NCBI RefSeq assembly: GCF_026210795.1
Contig: NC_089432.1
Coordinates: 2,480,001-2,544,000, forward strand
DNA length: 64,000 nucleotides
From: Rhizophagus irregularis
Lineage: Eukaryota
Reading direction: 5' to 3'
A model generated the notes under the pieces. The model saw nothing but the letters and a program-made list of their open reading frames with translations, had not been told where the DNA came from and ran no database searches. This document shows positions 49,877-62,847 of the stretch, one piece after another (within the stretch, counting starts at the first letter, position 1; every line of letters starts with the position of its first letter). A program made the position numbers and the translations under genes.

Positions 49877-50764
49877 TTTATTTATTTCTATTTTATTTTT
49901 ACTTAGAAGTCGTGAATACATCGTTTAGTTACAGATTCGTTATGACTACAAGGCACATTATGAGTACACAGCTAAACTAGACAAAATCCAACGGGCGGAC
50001 CCACCCTTCGTTAGAACGAACTGACTAATGGAAACATAGTCGCTATAGCAGTAAACGAACAAAGGAATTAGAAGTTAAAGTAAAAATAAAGGGAAGTGTA
50101 CCGAGCAATTAAATAAAAAAATGATCCGTATTTTTCTTTCGACCTTTTGGGTCGTCACCTGTAAAATACTGTCATAGGTGGAGTGGTTCACACTATTCAA
50201 AATTGTTTGTGTTTGTAATAAAATGAATACATTGATGTATACTAATATTTAAAATGCTACACGTCAAAAGGGGATATAGACTCATTACTAAGTTAAAGCA
50301 GTAGATAAAAGAAATAAAATTAATACATGGTATCTATAAGTCCTACTACTGGGGAGTCCTTAGGGGAACCAGTTGAAGGACGTGATCTTTTCATCGGATT
50401 TGAGGAGTTATTGGAAGTAGATGTGCCGGTGTGTGAGGAGACGTTTGTTTGTTCGGATTTCGAGGTTTTTCTTATCGTTCGACGTCGCTGGATCTATTGT
50501 GGAACGGGGTCGTGGATTGTAATATTCTAGATCAAGTTTATCGAACTCGTCTTGTAATTTTTCGGATCTGTTAATACGTTGATCGGTTTTGCGTTTGGCT
50601 AAAAACTTAGTCACTATCCGGTGATACTTGTTTTGATGATTAGTTAGAAACTTTGTTTGATCAAGTCTCTCCGGAAGTTTGTGCATGCTCGTGCCGTGGA
50701 ATTGAGCATCACGGACGCGAGCGGATTTTACGAAGAAAGCCCAAAGTGCTATACAAATTGTATA
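49877..50764 (-). mobile_element. 5'-truncated, diverged copy of the 27162-29914 element
   Basis: Peptides FHGTSMHKL..FL..KRK..RS, TSNDKKNLEIRTNKR and KRSRP align with HLGTSVKYL..FL..KRK..RS, VSDDTAALESRPYKR and KRSRP; same 3' UTR motifs and A-rich tail. Confidence 0.8.
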
Positions 50765-52001
50765 AAACTATAAAAATCATCTTTAGTAATTGGTCGTATT
50801 TTACCTTGGAATATACTATCAATTTCTTCTAGCATTTTCTTTTTCACATTTGGATTATATGCAATATAATAGATAATGAATGAAAGCATATTTGCAGCCT
50901 AGATTTGAAATAAAAAAAAAAGGAATTGTTAATATAATATCAAGCTAAATCATATTGCATTTATGATTAGAAGAGTGTGAAATAAAATGAAATTCCTCTA
51001 AAAATTTATTTTGTGCATTCCATTAGAAATTCTATCAAGTAAATTGACGCGAATTTCACTATCAGTCATGGATCTATTGGCTTCATCGGTTTCGATATAA
51101 TTACCATCACGAAGTGTATTTTTGATAATCATCGATGTCAACATATCATGAGATAAGGGTTCGTTCAATGGTGTATCTTCAATTTCTTTTCTACGTGTTT
51201 TGAAGTATATCATTTGCTATATTTTTAAAAAATGGAACGTAAGATCGTAAAAAAGAGGGAATTATGAAAAAGAATAAATATCCTATATGAATTTTATGAA
51301 TTGATCGAAATAATTTCTCAGAATCTTCGACTCTCGCTGACTGATGATCAAATTTTTCATCACTAATAGTATTAAAATAAGCTGTCATTGAATAAGATCT
51401 TTTACCAGTTAACATTTTATTAACCATGTCAATTGTGTAATGACTAAACCATTCCATAAAATCCAATTTAATTTATTTTCTTTACTAATTTTTTCCAATA
51501 ACTTTCTAATTCATTTAAAAGTACGTTTGTCTAATAAATAACTTCACTAGTAAATTTTGGTGACAAAATAGCTTGATAAAAAAATGATGATTAAATATCC
51601 ACGACTTATAATTATTATTGCACGTTATTCCTTTTCCCTCGAGTCCCAATTCTTTTAATCCTTTGAAATTTGGACATCTCATCCCATGCGTTCTTTTCGA
51701 TAAAAAAATTTCAAGATATTCTGCTCGACATAAAACTATACATCGATGTAAATTATTAGTCTTATATATATCACAATATTTCTCGTAACAATAATAATTA
51801 TGAAACATTGAGATATTTCCTCTAAACCGAATAGTATAAAGAAAAGTACCAAATAATGGAAATGGGAAAGGGCCAGGTAAAGGATTAACACGAGTGAAAT
51901 ATTTGTAATAATAAAATGCTACATATATCATTAATACTGTACTTAACAGTTAAAAGTGACAAAGCATTAATTTCAAAATTCTTAAGTGGATTAAAAATCA
52001 T
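50765..52001 (-). pseudogene. Cytochrome P450 pseudogene (recent duplicate of 43301-44996), truncated before ExxR and the heme motif
   Basis: High nucleotide similarity to the second P450 including upstream DNA; several frameshifting indels; donor GT mutated to AT near 51008; homology stops after KDDFYS at about 50765. Confidence 0.92.
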
Positions 52002-52919
52002 CTTATCGAGCAACTACTCCAACGCCTTTAAATTAATAATAATTTTTCTGGGTTATATATATATATATATAAATTTTTAAATTTGAAAATTGCTGAAGAG
52101 AAAAGATGGAAGATGATTTCCAAATTGTGTAAAAGGTACATCCCAAAACATATTGACACATAATTATAAAATAAATTTTTACTTATATTATCGAGTTATT
52201 CAACTTAATAACTAACAATTTATTATTTTCATAGATAGGATGGCTTTCTCATGTGTGACATGTGCGACGATAAATAAGAAAGTAAAGATAAACGGAATTA
52301 ACGTTAAGTTTTCATAAGGAATCCATATACAGTATATGATTATCACTCGAAATTTAAATCAAAATTACGTCATTCTAAATTTGATTTAAGATGTGTGATC
52401 GTCAATTATACAATGAGGAAATGTATGATATACTTCCAATTAGTTCTAATTGAATATCACAAGTTCATTTAACTGCATATGGTAAATTTTGTTAAATGAG
52501 AATCCCTTTTTTTCTTTGATTGATTGATAGACTGGTTAAGCTTTACCGTATATCATTTTCCCTGAAGTCAATTTTCCGATTTGCCATTTCCCGAACTGGC
52601 TCATTCCCTAAACTCCAATATCCCGAATGAAAATTTTACTAGATTTAATAAATGACGTATAACAATTCTTTTTTTAAAATAGATTTTATTTATATTTAAT
52701 AAATCATAATGACAAAAAAAAATAATAATCCTTTAATTTTAGGTTTCTTTTTAACTACCCGCTCCATTTTCTCCATTTCGATTACAAAATTTAAAATAAA
52801 ATAGCATTAAATAGTCAAAGTTTTAAATAAAATATAAAAATATATAATAATAATAATAATAATATAATATTTTTTTATGTAAGAACCTAAATAGAAAAAA
52901 ATAAATAATTTTTTAATTG

Positions 52920-52952
<33 letters not shown>

Positions 52953-53386
52953 TTATAGTTTAACAATACTAAAAAAAAAAGAAAAAAATTTTAAAAAAGA
53001 AAAAAAAATATTAGTATTAATAATCAAAAAAAAGAAGGATGGGAAAAAATCTAGTTTGAACTAAATCGCGTTAAGACTTAAGATATAATACAAAAATCAA
53101 AAATCTAATCCTCTTATATATGAGGATCCGATCCAATCCAAATGGATCGGTGAACGCACCCAATTTATCAATGTAAAAATATTTTTTTTTATTAAAAAAA
53201 AATGTTTGTTTTATATTTATTTAAAATAAACATATAAAATTCGACTTTATTTAATGAGTAAAATAATATAAAATAAAAATTGTAAATAAATAAAATATAT
53301 TACTATCTCAAAAACCTTAACATGTAAATTTACATAGTAGATCATAAGAGATAGTATAATAATCAACTATTTCAACTCCTTTAGCT

Positions 53387-54937
53387 TTAATCCGATTCAT
53401 TAAATTCCACTATTTCAATTCCTTTAGCTTTAATTAGATTCAATAATTTTAATTCCTCATCATTCAATTCTTTATCCAATTTCATACTAAGAACTTTTAA
53501 ATAATTGTTACTTCTTTCAATATAATTTAAAACAATTTTAAGTAATTCTAATCCAATAATCTGATTTAAATTAATCACTTCAAAACTACCATGACAATTC
53601 TCTAAAAATTCCTTAAACTTAACGGTATCACAAGAATTAATATAAATAGAAATTTCACTAATACTAATAGATATATTATTTGCTAAATATTCAAAAAATC
53701 TAATATCATAAAGAATACTAAGACTTAATGCTCTTGTTCTTAAATTTTTAAAACATTCTACCACTGATAAATCAATATGAAAATTAATTCTTATTTTTAA
53801 AAAAATAAGATTTAGACAATACATTGATATATTTTCAATAAGAGAAATAATTGGGCTTTCAATGGATAATCTTTTTAATGATGCACCTAGATATTTGATC
53901 ATTAAAGATGTGACGCCAATATTCCAATAATTGCATATAAATAATAGTTCCTTGAGCTTAAACGAAGAAAAATTTAAACTCTCACATTGATTTAATAATA
54001 TACCTTTACAATATCCAAATTTTAAATATTCTAAATTATATAAATCATTAAAGCTTTTTAAATTAACATTACTAAAATCGATGCCTATGAATTCAACGTG
54101 AACTAAAGAATGCTTTTGAAATCCTAAAGACAAAAGAATGTTATTTAATAAAAAATGACATTTCCATATCTTAAACATTTTAAGTTTGTTTTGCACTTGA
54201 ATAATTTTACAAAGCTTTTCTATAATAGTAGTATTATCAATCAAATTATTGGATACGTCATGAAATGGTGAACTTTTAGTTTGAGGAAAACGAATTACTA
54301 ATTTTCTACAATTTGTACAGATATTTGCTATATTCTTTAAAAATTCTTGTTCAATTTCTCCTTTTGAATTAAATTCTAATGATAATGAATTTAATTTTGT
54401 TAAATTTGAAGTGAAGTTTTGAATGTTAAAGTTTTTAAAACTTTCTTCATAAAATAAATATAATAAAATATCTAATTGTTTAATGTTTCTACTTTGACGT
54501 AAAATTGATTGATGAAATATCGGAATAATATCTTTATATATTTTTTGAGAACTTAATAAATCTGAACAATATTTAGCAAACCATCCATAAATAACAGAAT
54601 TTATTAATTTACTATTATAATTTTCCAAATATTTTGGATATTCAAATAAAGGGTTGTGTTCTTTATCAAAATTAATATTATTATTAATCTGGCTTAATCC
54701 AAGTTGTTTCTTCAATTGTAAAATTTCTGCTTTATTAAAGCAAAAAATTAAGGTCAAGGTTATTGAATAATTTTTTTCAGTTTTAACATTTTCAAAAGGA
54801 TTTGCATAAAGTAAAGGAATAGTTGATCTGCACCAAAATCGATTAACTAATAAACATTTAAATAAAGTTGAACGATCATTTTGAAGGTGTTGTAAAATGG
54901 AATAAATACAATCATCTGTTAAATAAGGCAAAGTCAT
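53387..54937 (-). CDS. F-box protein with RNI/LRR-like C-terminus
   Basis: 516-aa intronless ORF; N-terminal LTDDCIYSILQHL...LFKCLLVNRFWCR..IPLLY.NPF F-box-like motif. Confidence 0.85.
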   Translation of the reverse strand: MTLPYLTDDCIYSILQHLQNDRSTLFKCLLVNRFWCRSTIPLLYANPFENVKTEKNYSITLTLIFCFNKAEILQLKKQLGLSQINNNINFDKEHNPLFEYPKYLENYNSKLINSVIYGWFAKYCSDLLSSQKIYKDIIPIFHQSILRQSRNIKQLDILLYLFYEESFKNFNIQNFTSNLTKLNSLSLEFNSKGEIEQEFLKNIANICTNCRKLVIRFPQTKSSPFHDVSNNLIDNTTIIEKLCKIIQVQNKLKMFKIWKCHFLLNNILLSLGFQKHSLVHVEFIGIDFSNVNLKSFNDLYNLEYLKFGYCKGILLNQCESLNFSSFKLKELLFICNYWNIGVTSLMIKYLGASLKRLSIESPIISLIENISMYCLNLIFLKIRINFHIDLSVVECFKNLRTRALSLSILYDIRFFEYLANNISISISEISIYINSCDTVKFKEFLENCHGSFEVINLNQIIGLELLKIVLNYIERSNNYLKVLSMKLDKELNDEELKLLNLIKAKGIEIVEFNESD

Positions 54938-55251
54938 ATTAGAAATTTAGGAAGGAAAAAAAAAAGTTTTCACGGAGTTATCAGAGAAAGCTAGTTTAGT
55001 TATTATAAGCCCACATGTTGTACATCTTTTGTAATACTGTAGGCTGTAACACATACATGAGTGATTTATAAGCAGGGTCAGATGATTAGCATTCCAATTA
55101 GTAAAACCTTAACAGGTGAACAGTTGTGAGACTATTGTAGATCTTTTGTTATCTGTTATTAAGTTGTAATTTGGTTTAATAATAATATATGGCTGTTCCT
55201 GGTTAACGTGTTGAAAGCAATTTAGAAACTGTTCAAAAAAAATTTTAACCA

Positions 55252-55433
55252 ATTATCGCCGTTTTCAAAATGATGTATTCAGTTAAATTGAATAAAAAAA
55301 AAAAGAAAACCGAAAACCGGACGAAAACCGGACGAAATATGGACAAAAAACGGACGAAAACCGGGCGAATATTGCCTATTCGAATATACAATCACAAATA
55401 AATTGCGTATACTATTTTGAAAACGGCGATAAT
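55252..55433. mobile_element. Small MITE with 20-bp perfect TIR
   Basis: attatcgccgttttcaaaat ... attttgaaaacggcgataat; internal gaaaaccggac repeats at about 55312-55365. Confidence 0.75.
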
Positions 55434-56667
55434 ACTAAAAAATACTTAAAAAAAAAAAATTTTTTTTTTGACTAAATTAGGGAGACCTTATTTCATTAAT
55501 TTCGTTAAAAAATTGTTCGATTTGAGCACGTGACCAAAGTTGTTTGGATCATAATTCTGGTCAGTTATATAATGCGGGCCAGAAGTATGCAAATCACTTT
55601 AATTAACCGGTTCCAACCTCCAGTTATTAAAAGAGAAATTCATAGCATACATGATATTTCCAAAAATAATACTGTGTATTTATCAATTACTTTTCTTATT
55701 TTAAATTAAAAACATCCCACATCCCCAATATTACATGTAAAAAAATATTTTCAGATGAATAGTCGTGCTAAATGAATTGAATTTGTTAACCATACTGACA
55801 CTACCTAACTGGTAATCTAGTATGTGAGATTTATGCTAAATTTTATTGTGAAATAATTTTGTAAAAATGAAAGAATCGGGATAGTGGCATGTTAGTCTTA
55901 TTGGTTTACCTGTTAATGTTGTAAATTTTGAATCTCTGCATTTTAGAAATAAGTTCAACAGGTACAGGTATGTAAAAACTGAAATTTTGTAATGTTAGCT
56001 TGAACATTTTGGGGTGTAGACTTTGTTTACATTTTACAAGAGTCTCGGCAAAAAGGTATCAGCGTGGAAGGGCTCCTGAATATATACATAATGCAAGCAA
56101 ACCGCCTGCTTATTATTGCCTGTATAGAAGACGCTAAAACCCTAAAGACTCTCAAATTTGAGAAGGAGGAAGAATGGTCCATTCTTTTTACAATCAGCTG
56201 TAACAATCATTTTTAACTGGTTAGTAGATGTCTTAACTGGTTGACCGTCTTAACTGGCCAATCATTGGTTAAAATTTTCCATAAAATGTTTTTTAATAAA
56301 GTAGTAGCAGTTCAAATTTAGAATATTTTACTATTAAATTAAATATTTGGCCACTTATCTGACCAAAATTATGCATAAACCTGGCTAAAATTATATATAA
56401 GCCTGGCTAGAATTAAAAATTATATATAAATAATCTAGCCAATAAAATTGCAAGTTTAATGTATCGCGTGATATAAATAGATATTTTAAATTTGGCCGCT
56501 TAAAAATTTTTTTATTGTGACTAAGTTGTATGCACTATACGCTTTTGTTTATGTTAATAATCGACTAATACAATAATAATAATGTTTTATTTTTAGAATA
56601 AGAAAATTTATAATTTATATAATAACGTTCATACATAATAATTTTTATAAATATTACTAAACAATTA

Positions 56668-58341
56668 CTAATCACTTTTCTTTAAATAATTATAAACTTT
56701 TATAATTGAATCATCATAATTTTGTACTTTGATATTATATGAATTAAATTCCTCTACTTCACCTTTCAAATAAAATAAATCCTCATTATTAAATAATAAA
56801 TATTTATAAGAAGAATTCTTAATAGATAAATATTTGACTCTTTTCTTTTTCATAATATATTCTTTTATAGAAGGTAAAATATCATCACCATCCTTATTAT
56901 TAATTAATAATTTCTTAATAAAAGTATTTTGAGAATTCTTTAAAAAGAATTCAAAATTATCTTCTTTAATATGAAGAATTAAACTTAAATATTCTAATTT
57001 AGAAGGAAGGATTTGACCCAAATTTTGTAATATTAATGAACTATATTTAATATATTCAGTAATATTACTATTTGATATTAATGATTGAAAGATATTAATA
57101 GAAAGATAATTAAGATTTTGATTAATATTTTCAATTAAATTTAATATAGGATGAATAATTTGAATTTCATATTCATGTAAATCAAGTAATTTGATATTTT
57201 TACAATATTTCATAATTGATTCAAGTAATTTTTGTTTTGATAATAAATCATAATTACAATAACCAAAATTTTCTAAATAATCACCAAATTTTTGTAATAA
57301 TAAATGTAATGATTCATCAATTTGTGATCTATAATTTATAATTAAAGATTTTAATTTAAATGGTTTAGTTAAATTAAGAATTTGTTGAATAAAACCAGTA
57401 TTTAAAGGATAACAATAAATAAGATGAATAGATTCCAAAACATTTAATTGATCAAATACATTATCTAAATTAATTATATCTTGAAAATTGATACAATATA
57501 ATATGATAGTATTTAAAGTATTTGAACAAATAGAATTAGAAATCTTTGATGATGATAATAATGATTGATATAAAGGAAAACTTTTGTTATCTAATACAAC
57601 TTTTTTAAGATTTGGATGTAAATTAATTAATTTTAATATATGATCTTTAGTTAATTTATCATCATTAGTTTCATTAAAATATAAGAAACTAGGAGTTCTA
57701 CCAGTATAAAGTTTTAAATATTTAATATTATGAATAAAATTTGTATTTTGTAAAATTAATTCAAAAATATCATTAAAATAAGAACTATAACCATTAAGAG
57801 TGACCTCAATTTCAAAAGTATGTAAATTTACTTCATTTTCAATAAATATTTTAAATAATGACATATGAATTAATCTTTTAAAATCAGTTTTTAAATTTAA
57901 ATAAGCATTTTTTATAAAATAACGTTTTTTGAATTTTATTAAAGTTCCAACGGAAATTTCAAACCATTTCTCAATAGAAGTAATAATTTCTTTTGTATTT
58001 AAATATTTAATAAAACTAGGATAATTGAAAAGTGTATTATTTAAAGGTAATAATTTATCAATTTCATAATCATTTAATTTTGTTTTTAAATCACCTTTTA
58101 AATTATTTAAATAAATTCCAATAAATTTATAATTTCCAGTAGAAATAGAAAATGGGTCTTTCCATAATAATGGAATCGTTAAACGACACCATAATCTATT
58201 AACTAGAATACATGAATATAAAGTTGGAAAATCATCTTGAAAATATTTTATAATTTCATATGCTAATTCAGGTAAATCTCCTGAAAATATTTTTGAGCAT
58301 GACATTATTGTAAGCGAAGAGAGAGTATAGTCGTATGACAT
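56668..58341 (-). CDS. F-box protein with RNI/LRR-like C-terminus
   Basis: 557-aa intronless ORF; DLPELAYEIIKYF...LYSCILVNRLWCRLTIPLLWKDPF and LFNYPSFIKYL motifs. Confidence 0.88.
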   Translation of the reverse strand: MSYDYTLSSLTIMSCSKIFSGDLPELAYEIIKYFQDDFPTLYSCILVNRLWCRLTIPLLWKDPFSISTGNYKFIGIYLNNLKGDLKTKLNDYEIDKLLPLNNTLFNYPSFIKYLNTKEIITSIEKWFEISVGTLIKFKKRYFIKNAYLNLKTDFKRLIHMSLFKIFIENEVNLHTFEIEVTLNGYSSYFNDIFELILQNTNFIHNIKYLKLYTGRTPSFLYFNETNDDKLTKDHILKLINLHPNLKKVVLDNKSFPLYQSLLSSSKISNSICSNTLNTIILYCINFQDIINLDNVFDQLNVLESIHLIYCYPLNTGFIQQILNLTKPFKLKSLIINYRSQIDESLHLLLQKFGDYLENFGYCNYDLLSKQKLLESIMKYCKNIKLLDLHEYEIQIIHPILNLIENINQNLNYLSINIFQSLISNSNITEYIKYSSLILQNLGQILPSKLEYLSLILHIKEDNFEFFLKNSQNTFIKKLLINNKDGDDILPSIKEYIMKKKRVKYLSIKNSSYKYLLFNNEDLFYLKGEVEEFNSYNIKVQNYDDSIIKVYNYLKKSD

Positions 58342-60701
58342 TGTCGGCTGTGCAGATTATATCAATTTTTTTCGGAGTGGTAAATCCGATATGTTGCACA
58401 ATTTGTGTCAATTAATTTTGCGTAACGTGTTCAATAAATAATACACTAGCTAGTAGCACTACATAACTTATTGTCATAAAAAATAATACCCAATAATTTA
58501 CCAGAACCCTATACAAACAAAGAATTTTTTGTTTTGTCATATAAATAAAACAATCGATTCTTTGTTAAAGGAAAAAGTATAACAAGAACATTAGACATGT
58601 GTTCAATAAATTTAATTAATGTTTAATATTTATTGACATCAAATTTACAATAGGCAGCCCTTTGTAATTAAATTCAATTATTATGGCTGATTTTTGACTC
58701 CAATGAGATGTAGAATTTTATAATGATAAAACTCAAGAATCAAATTGCTTGCTTATTAATAATTCTTCAGCAAATATAATTTATAGTCTATCAGCTTGTA
58801 AAAGAAATGATACAATAGTCAAATATTTTGAAAAAATTTTACATAAAATTATTATTATTTTTTTTTTTAAGGAAAAAATGAAAAAGTAATATTTTGCCCA
58901 ATAAAAATTTTGATGAAATTTGATAGATGCATCTAATAAATTTAGTATTTTTTTTAAAAAAATTACAAATAAATAAACAAATTAAGCATCTTTATTTATT
59001 TTTTTGCAAAATGAACGAATTAAGTTTATTTATCATTTCATTTTTTTCCGCTTATTATACGAATATACAGATGATTTCAAAAAAGGTGAAACCCCAGCGC
59101 TATCACAGGAATCACCGATTTCCCTATTCTAATTTCCACTTAATTGAAAAAATAATCTCTTTAAAAAAATCAAATCAAATTACTAATTAATAATTATTAA
59201 GATTATTATTAATCTTGAAATTATTATTAATTTTATTAATTTGGAAAAAAAATGAAACCCGAACCTATCTCAATGTGAAAAAGAAAAATCCATGGAAGAT
59301 GCGTATTCTTTATTCTAATTAAATAAGTAAGAATAAAAAAGGAAATTTCTATAGAAAAAAATATAATAAAAGTAAATGGTAATTATTATGCAAACATAAT
59401 GAATGAACTTTACTAAATTAATCATATTCATACTATGATTATCAATTTTATTTACGTCTATCATTTTTAATTATGTTGTCTTATTTGCACATCATTTTTT
59501 TGTCAGCACTTTTTTTTTTATTAACCTACCATAAACTGGTTGCGGATTCAATGCATAAATCTCGAAGCTTAAAGCATATTTAAACTTAAAAATAAATAAT
59601 AAGCTTAAGCATATATAATGCTATAAAATATCGAAAAAGGCTAAACTATATTCTGGCATCAAACCAACATATATTGAACTTCTTGGTTCGAGCGATCAAC
59701 TTCAAATTCTTAGCAAATATGCCCATCTTTACTTGTAGTATCGATTTGACGATCAATACGTTTCTCAGTTTCTCATTTTTGGTTTCAATTCTCATCCTAT
59801 ATCGGACATTATTGGTAGATGATAGATATGTAATGTAAGACAATACCCACATATGGAAAAGAAAGAGAATAAATAAATTTTTTATTTATAAAAAAATTTA
59901 TAGAATAAAATATAAAATATTGACTGGTTATAACTTAATCACGTTTAAATGGAATGGGATGATTTAATTAATAACGCAGAAATTTATTGATGGATACGTA
60001 AATACTAATGTATTAGTAGAATTTATATTTATTGTTATTAATATTACAATAAATACGGTTCTTTCATTCCAGTTGTACCAACCAATAGAAATGTTTATTT
60101 GCGTTCTAAACAAATTTAAAAAGTTCTGTCGCACAAACAAATGCAAGTAGACCAGGTCAATCAAATTGAACTTCAACCAATCGAAAAATGCAACCAAGTG
60201 TGAATTGAGAAGTTAATCCGAAGGGGTGTATCTTTTGCGTCATCTAAAGATAATATCAAAACGTACAGTATATTTAAGAGGTTTAAAATAACGACAATAC
60301 AAGGAATGAATAGTTATTTTTCGATTTTCGATGCATAAAGTCAACAAGGAATTTACTTGTAATTATAGGTGATGTGACACAGTGTTCTAGAATCTCAAGC
60401 TTGTCAATAAATAAATATTTGTTGATATAAAGTGTGCATAGTAAATTTTGTTTGTATTTAATGTAATCAAATAGGTTTTGCCAATTCGTCATTTGAGTCC
60501 GGACCAATAATAAAAGTTAATTTAATTATATGAACACAAGATTAAGATTTGTGTAAAATTTTTATATTTATTGAAATAAAATGATAAACAAATGATGTGA
60601 CGTACAGGTGTTACAAACACAAACATTAAAAAAAATTTTCGTGCCACGTAAATGATACAATTTGGAAAGGTAAATGGTATAAATAATAGTATTCTAATAT
60701 T

Positions 60702-62358
60702 CTAATTCATAGCAACACCAGGACCAGTTCTTTTTTTAGGATGGTATCTAACCCAACAATAAGTAGGTATAGTACCTACAATAATACCTAACACAGTAAA
60801 TCCAAATATAATACCACCTTGTTGAGCTTGAGTAAAAAGTTTATGTTGTACAGGAAAATCTATTAATGTGTATTGTAATTTTGACCAAATTATGTGAGTT
60901 TTATTTACTGTATCCATTATGTATATTGAATCTGATGGGGTAAATGAATTTTTTAATGATGATTGTGTACTTGGTTTTGCGTTTTCACTTGATTGCACTA
61001 TATATATATTATATAAAGTTAATTATAATTAATATAATTTTTAAAATAAAAATTTAAATGCCTTACTTCCAAAAGCAACAATCATATAATTTCCAACCAA
61101 TGTAGCAGTATGGCCATAACTTTGTAATGGTTCCAAAGAGTTATCACCCAATTGTAATGTGGTCCAACGAAATGGTTGAGATGATGTTGCTAATACTGAA
61201 ATTAACGGATTTGGATATTTTTTACTATCCGAATCGGAGGATGCCTTTCCTAATATAACATCATTTATTCCTCCATAGATAATTATTCTTCCATCCAACG
61301 CTAGTTAAATTAATTTAATGAAATTTAAATTTGTAATTTTTGTAATTTAAGAATTTTAAGAGAAAAAATTACTTACTAACTACTGCGGAATGCATGGTTC
61401 TACCGTTTGGAGGATCACCGACGGTTGGCTTTTTTTAAAAAATTTTGATTAATTTAAGAATAATATTTGATTTACACGTTTCATTGCGTTAACTTACTTG
61501 AAAATCCCATGTATTAGTTTTTGTATTGTAAATAGTCAACTAATAATAATAATGATTCAATTTATATTTTTTTCATATATAATATTTTCACACGCCTTGT
61601 AACTTTGTACTTACATTACTAGTTTGAGCAAATTGATGATCCCTAGAGAATAATTCATCACCAAAACCATTATTTCCATTACTGATTATACTTCCACCAA
61701 AATAAACAATAACACCGTTACGTAACAAAGTAGTAGTAAATCCATGAAGATTACCAAATTGAGGTAAATTAAGAACAAAATTCCAACTCAAAGATCCAGT
61801 ATAAAATAAATCCACTTCACCGTTATTATCCCTTATGCTGAATGTATAAATTGAATCAAAATTCTCGGTATAATTTGAATTAATTGCACGAAATGATGAA
61901 TGTTTTTGTGAAGGATTTTTATCAATATTAGGACGAATCCATTGATTTATACTAGTATTAAAAGCAAATACTCTTGATAAATCAAATTCAAATAAATTAT
62001 TTTGTAATCCTCCAAATAAGAATAACGCTGTTTTTTGTGGATTGGTGGTTGTTTGAGATGGTTCGCTAAGTCCTGGTGATGTTTGAGCGAATGCGTGAGG
62101 TAATATGAAATCCATATTTGTTTTTTTATTCAAATAAATTATTTGAGTTTGACGAGATGATAATGAAGATGGAGATACGTCTATTGAAATGAATTCATTT
62201 GTTAATTCATTGTTCATAATTCCTCCTAGAATATAAAGTGTAGAATTTACAGAAAATATGCATGTTGAAGAATGGCCATATCTTGGTGATAACGATTGTG
62301 AATTTATCGTCGTCGTAAGTAAGAAAATGAAAAAAATTATATATTTTTTATTATTCAT
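60702..62358 (-). CDS. Type I membrane Kelch / beta-propeller protein, ~5 exons (about 62358-61615, 61539-61498, 61428-61377, 61300-61067, 60997-60702)
   Basis: Signal peptide, PRYGHSS, LYILGG, LFLFGG, IVYFGG, GRTMHSAV, IIIYGG, YGHTATL, C-terminal TM helix IIFGFTVLGIIVG followed by a short basic tail. Confidence 0.85.
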
Positions 62359-62847
62359 TTCGAAAAAAAAACGAAAAAAAAATTTTTCTTTTTTTTCTTT
62401 CTTTTTTTTTTTTAAAGGAATAAAACTTTTTTTAAAAAAATCATATCAGATATATAAATAGGCATAAAAAACATTCTAAATGAAAGTATATAAATAGTTA
62501 CAATTCTTTTTAAAAAAAAATGATGTGCGACTGATGTACTACTAAATATACCTATAAAACAATGGTTACATTTCCTAATCCTGCATATTTATTTGTTTTT
62601 TCTATTACGCATCTAATACGCATCTTATGTATCACATGCGCCCCTTTGTTGGGTTCCTTCTATAATTGGACAATGAAAAAGGATGTTTTCGGACATCATT
62701 TACCGTAAATATTTATAAGTTAACAAAGTTTTATGGAAATGTGAAGGATCTGCTCCGTCATTTACCAAAACTTTTAAGAAAGTGTTTTGTAAAAAACTGG
62801 CATATTTTAACTCTTTGTACCCAGGCTTTGTTGAAATTACTTTTGAT

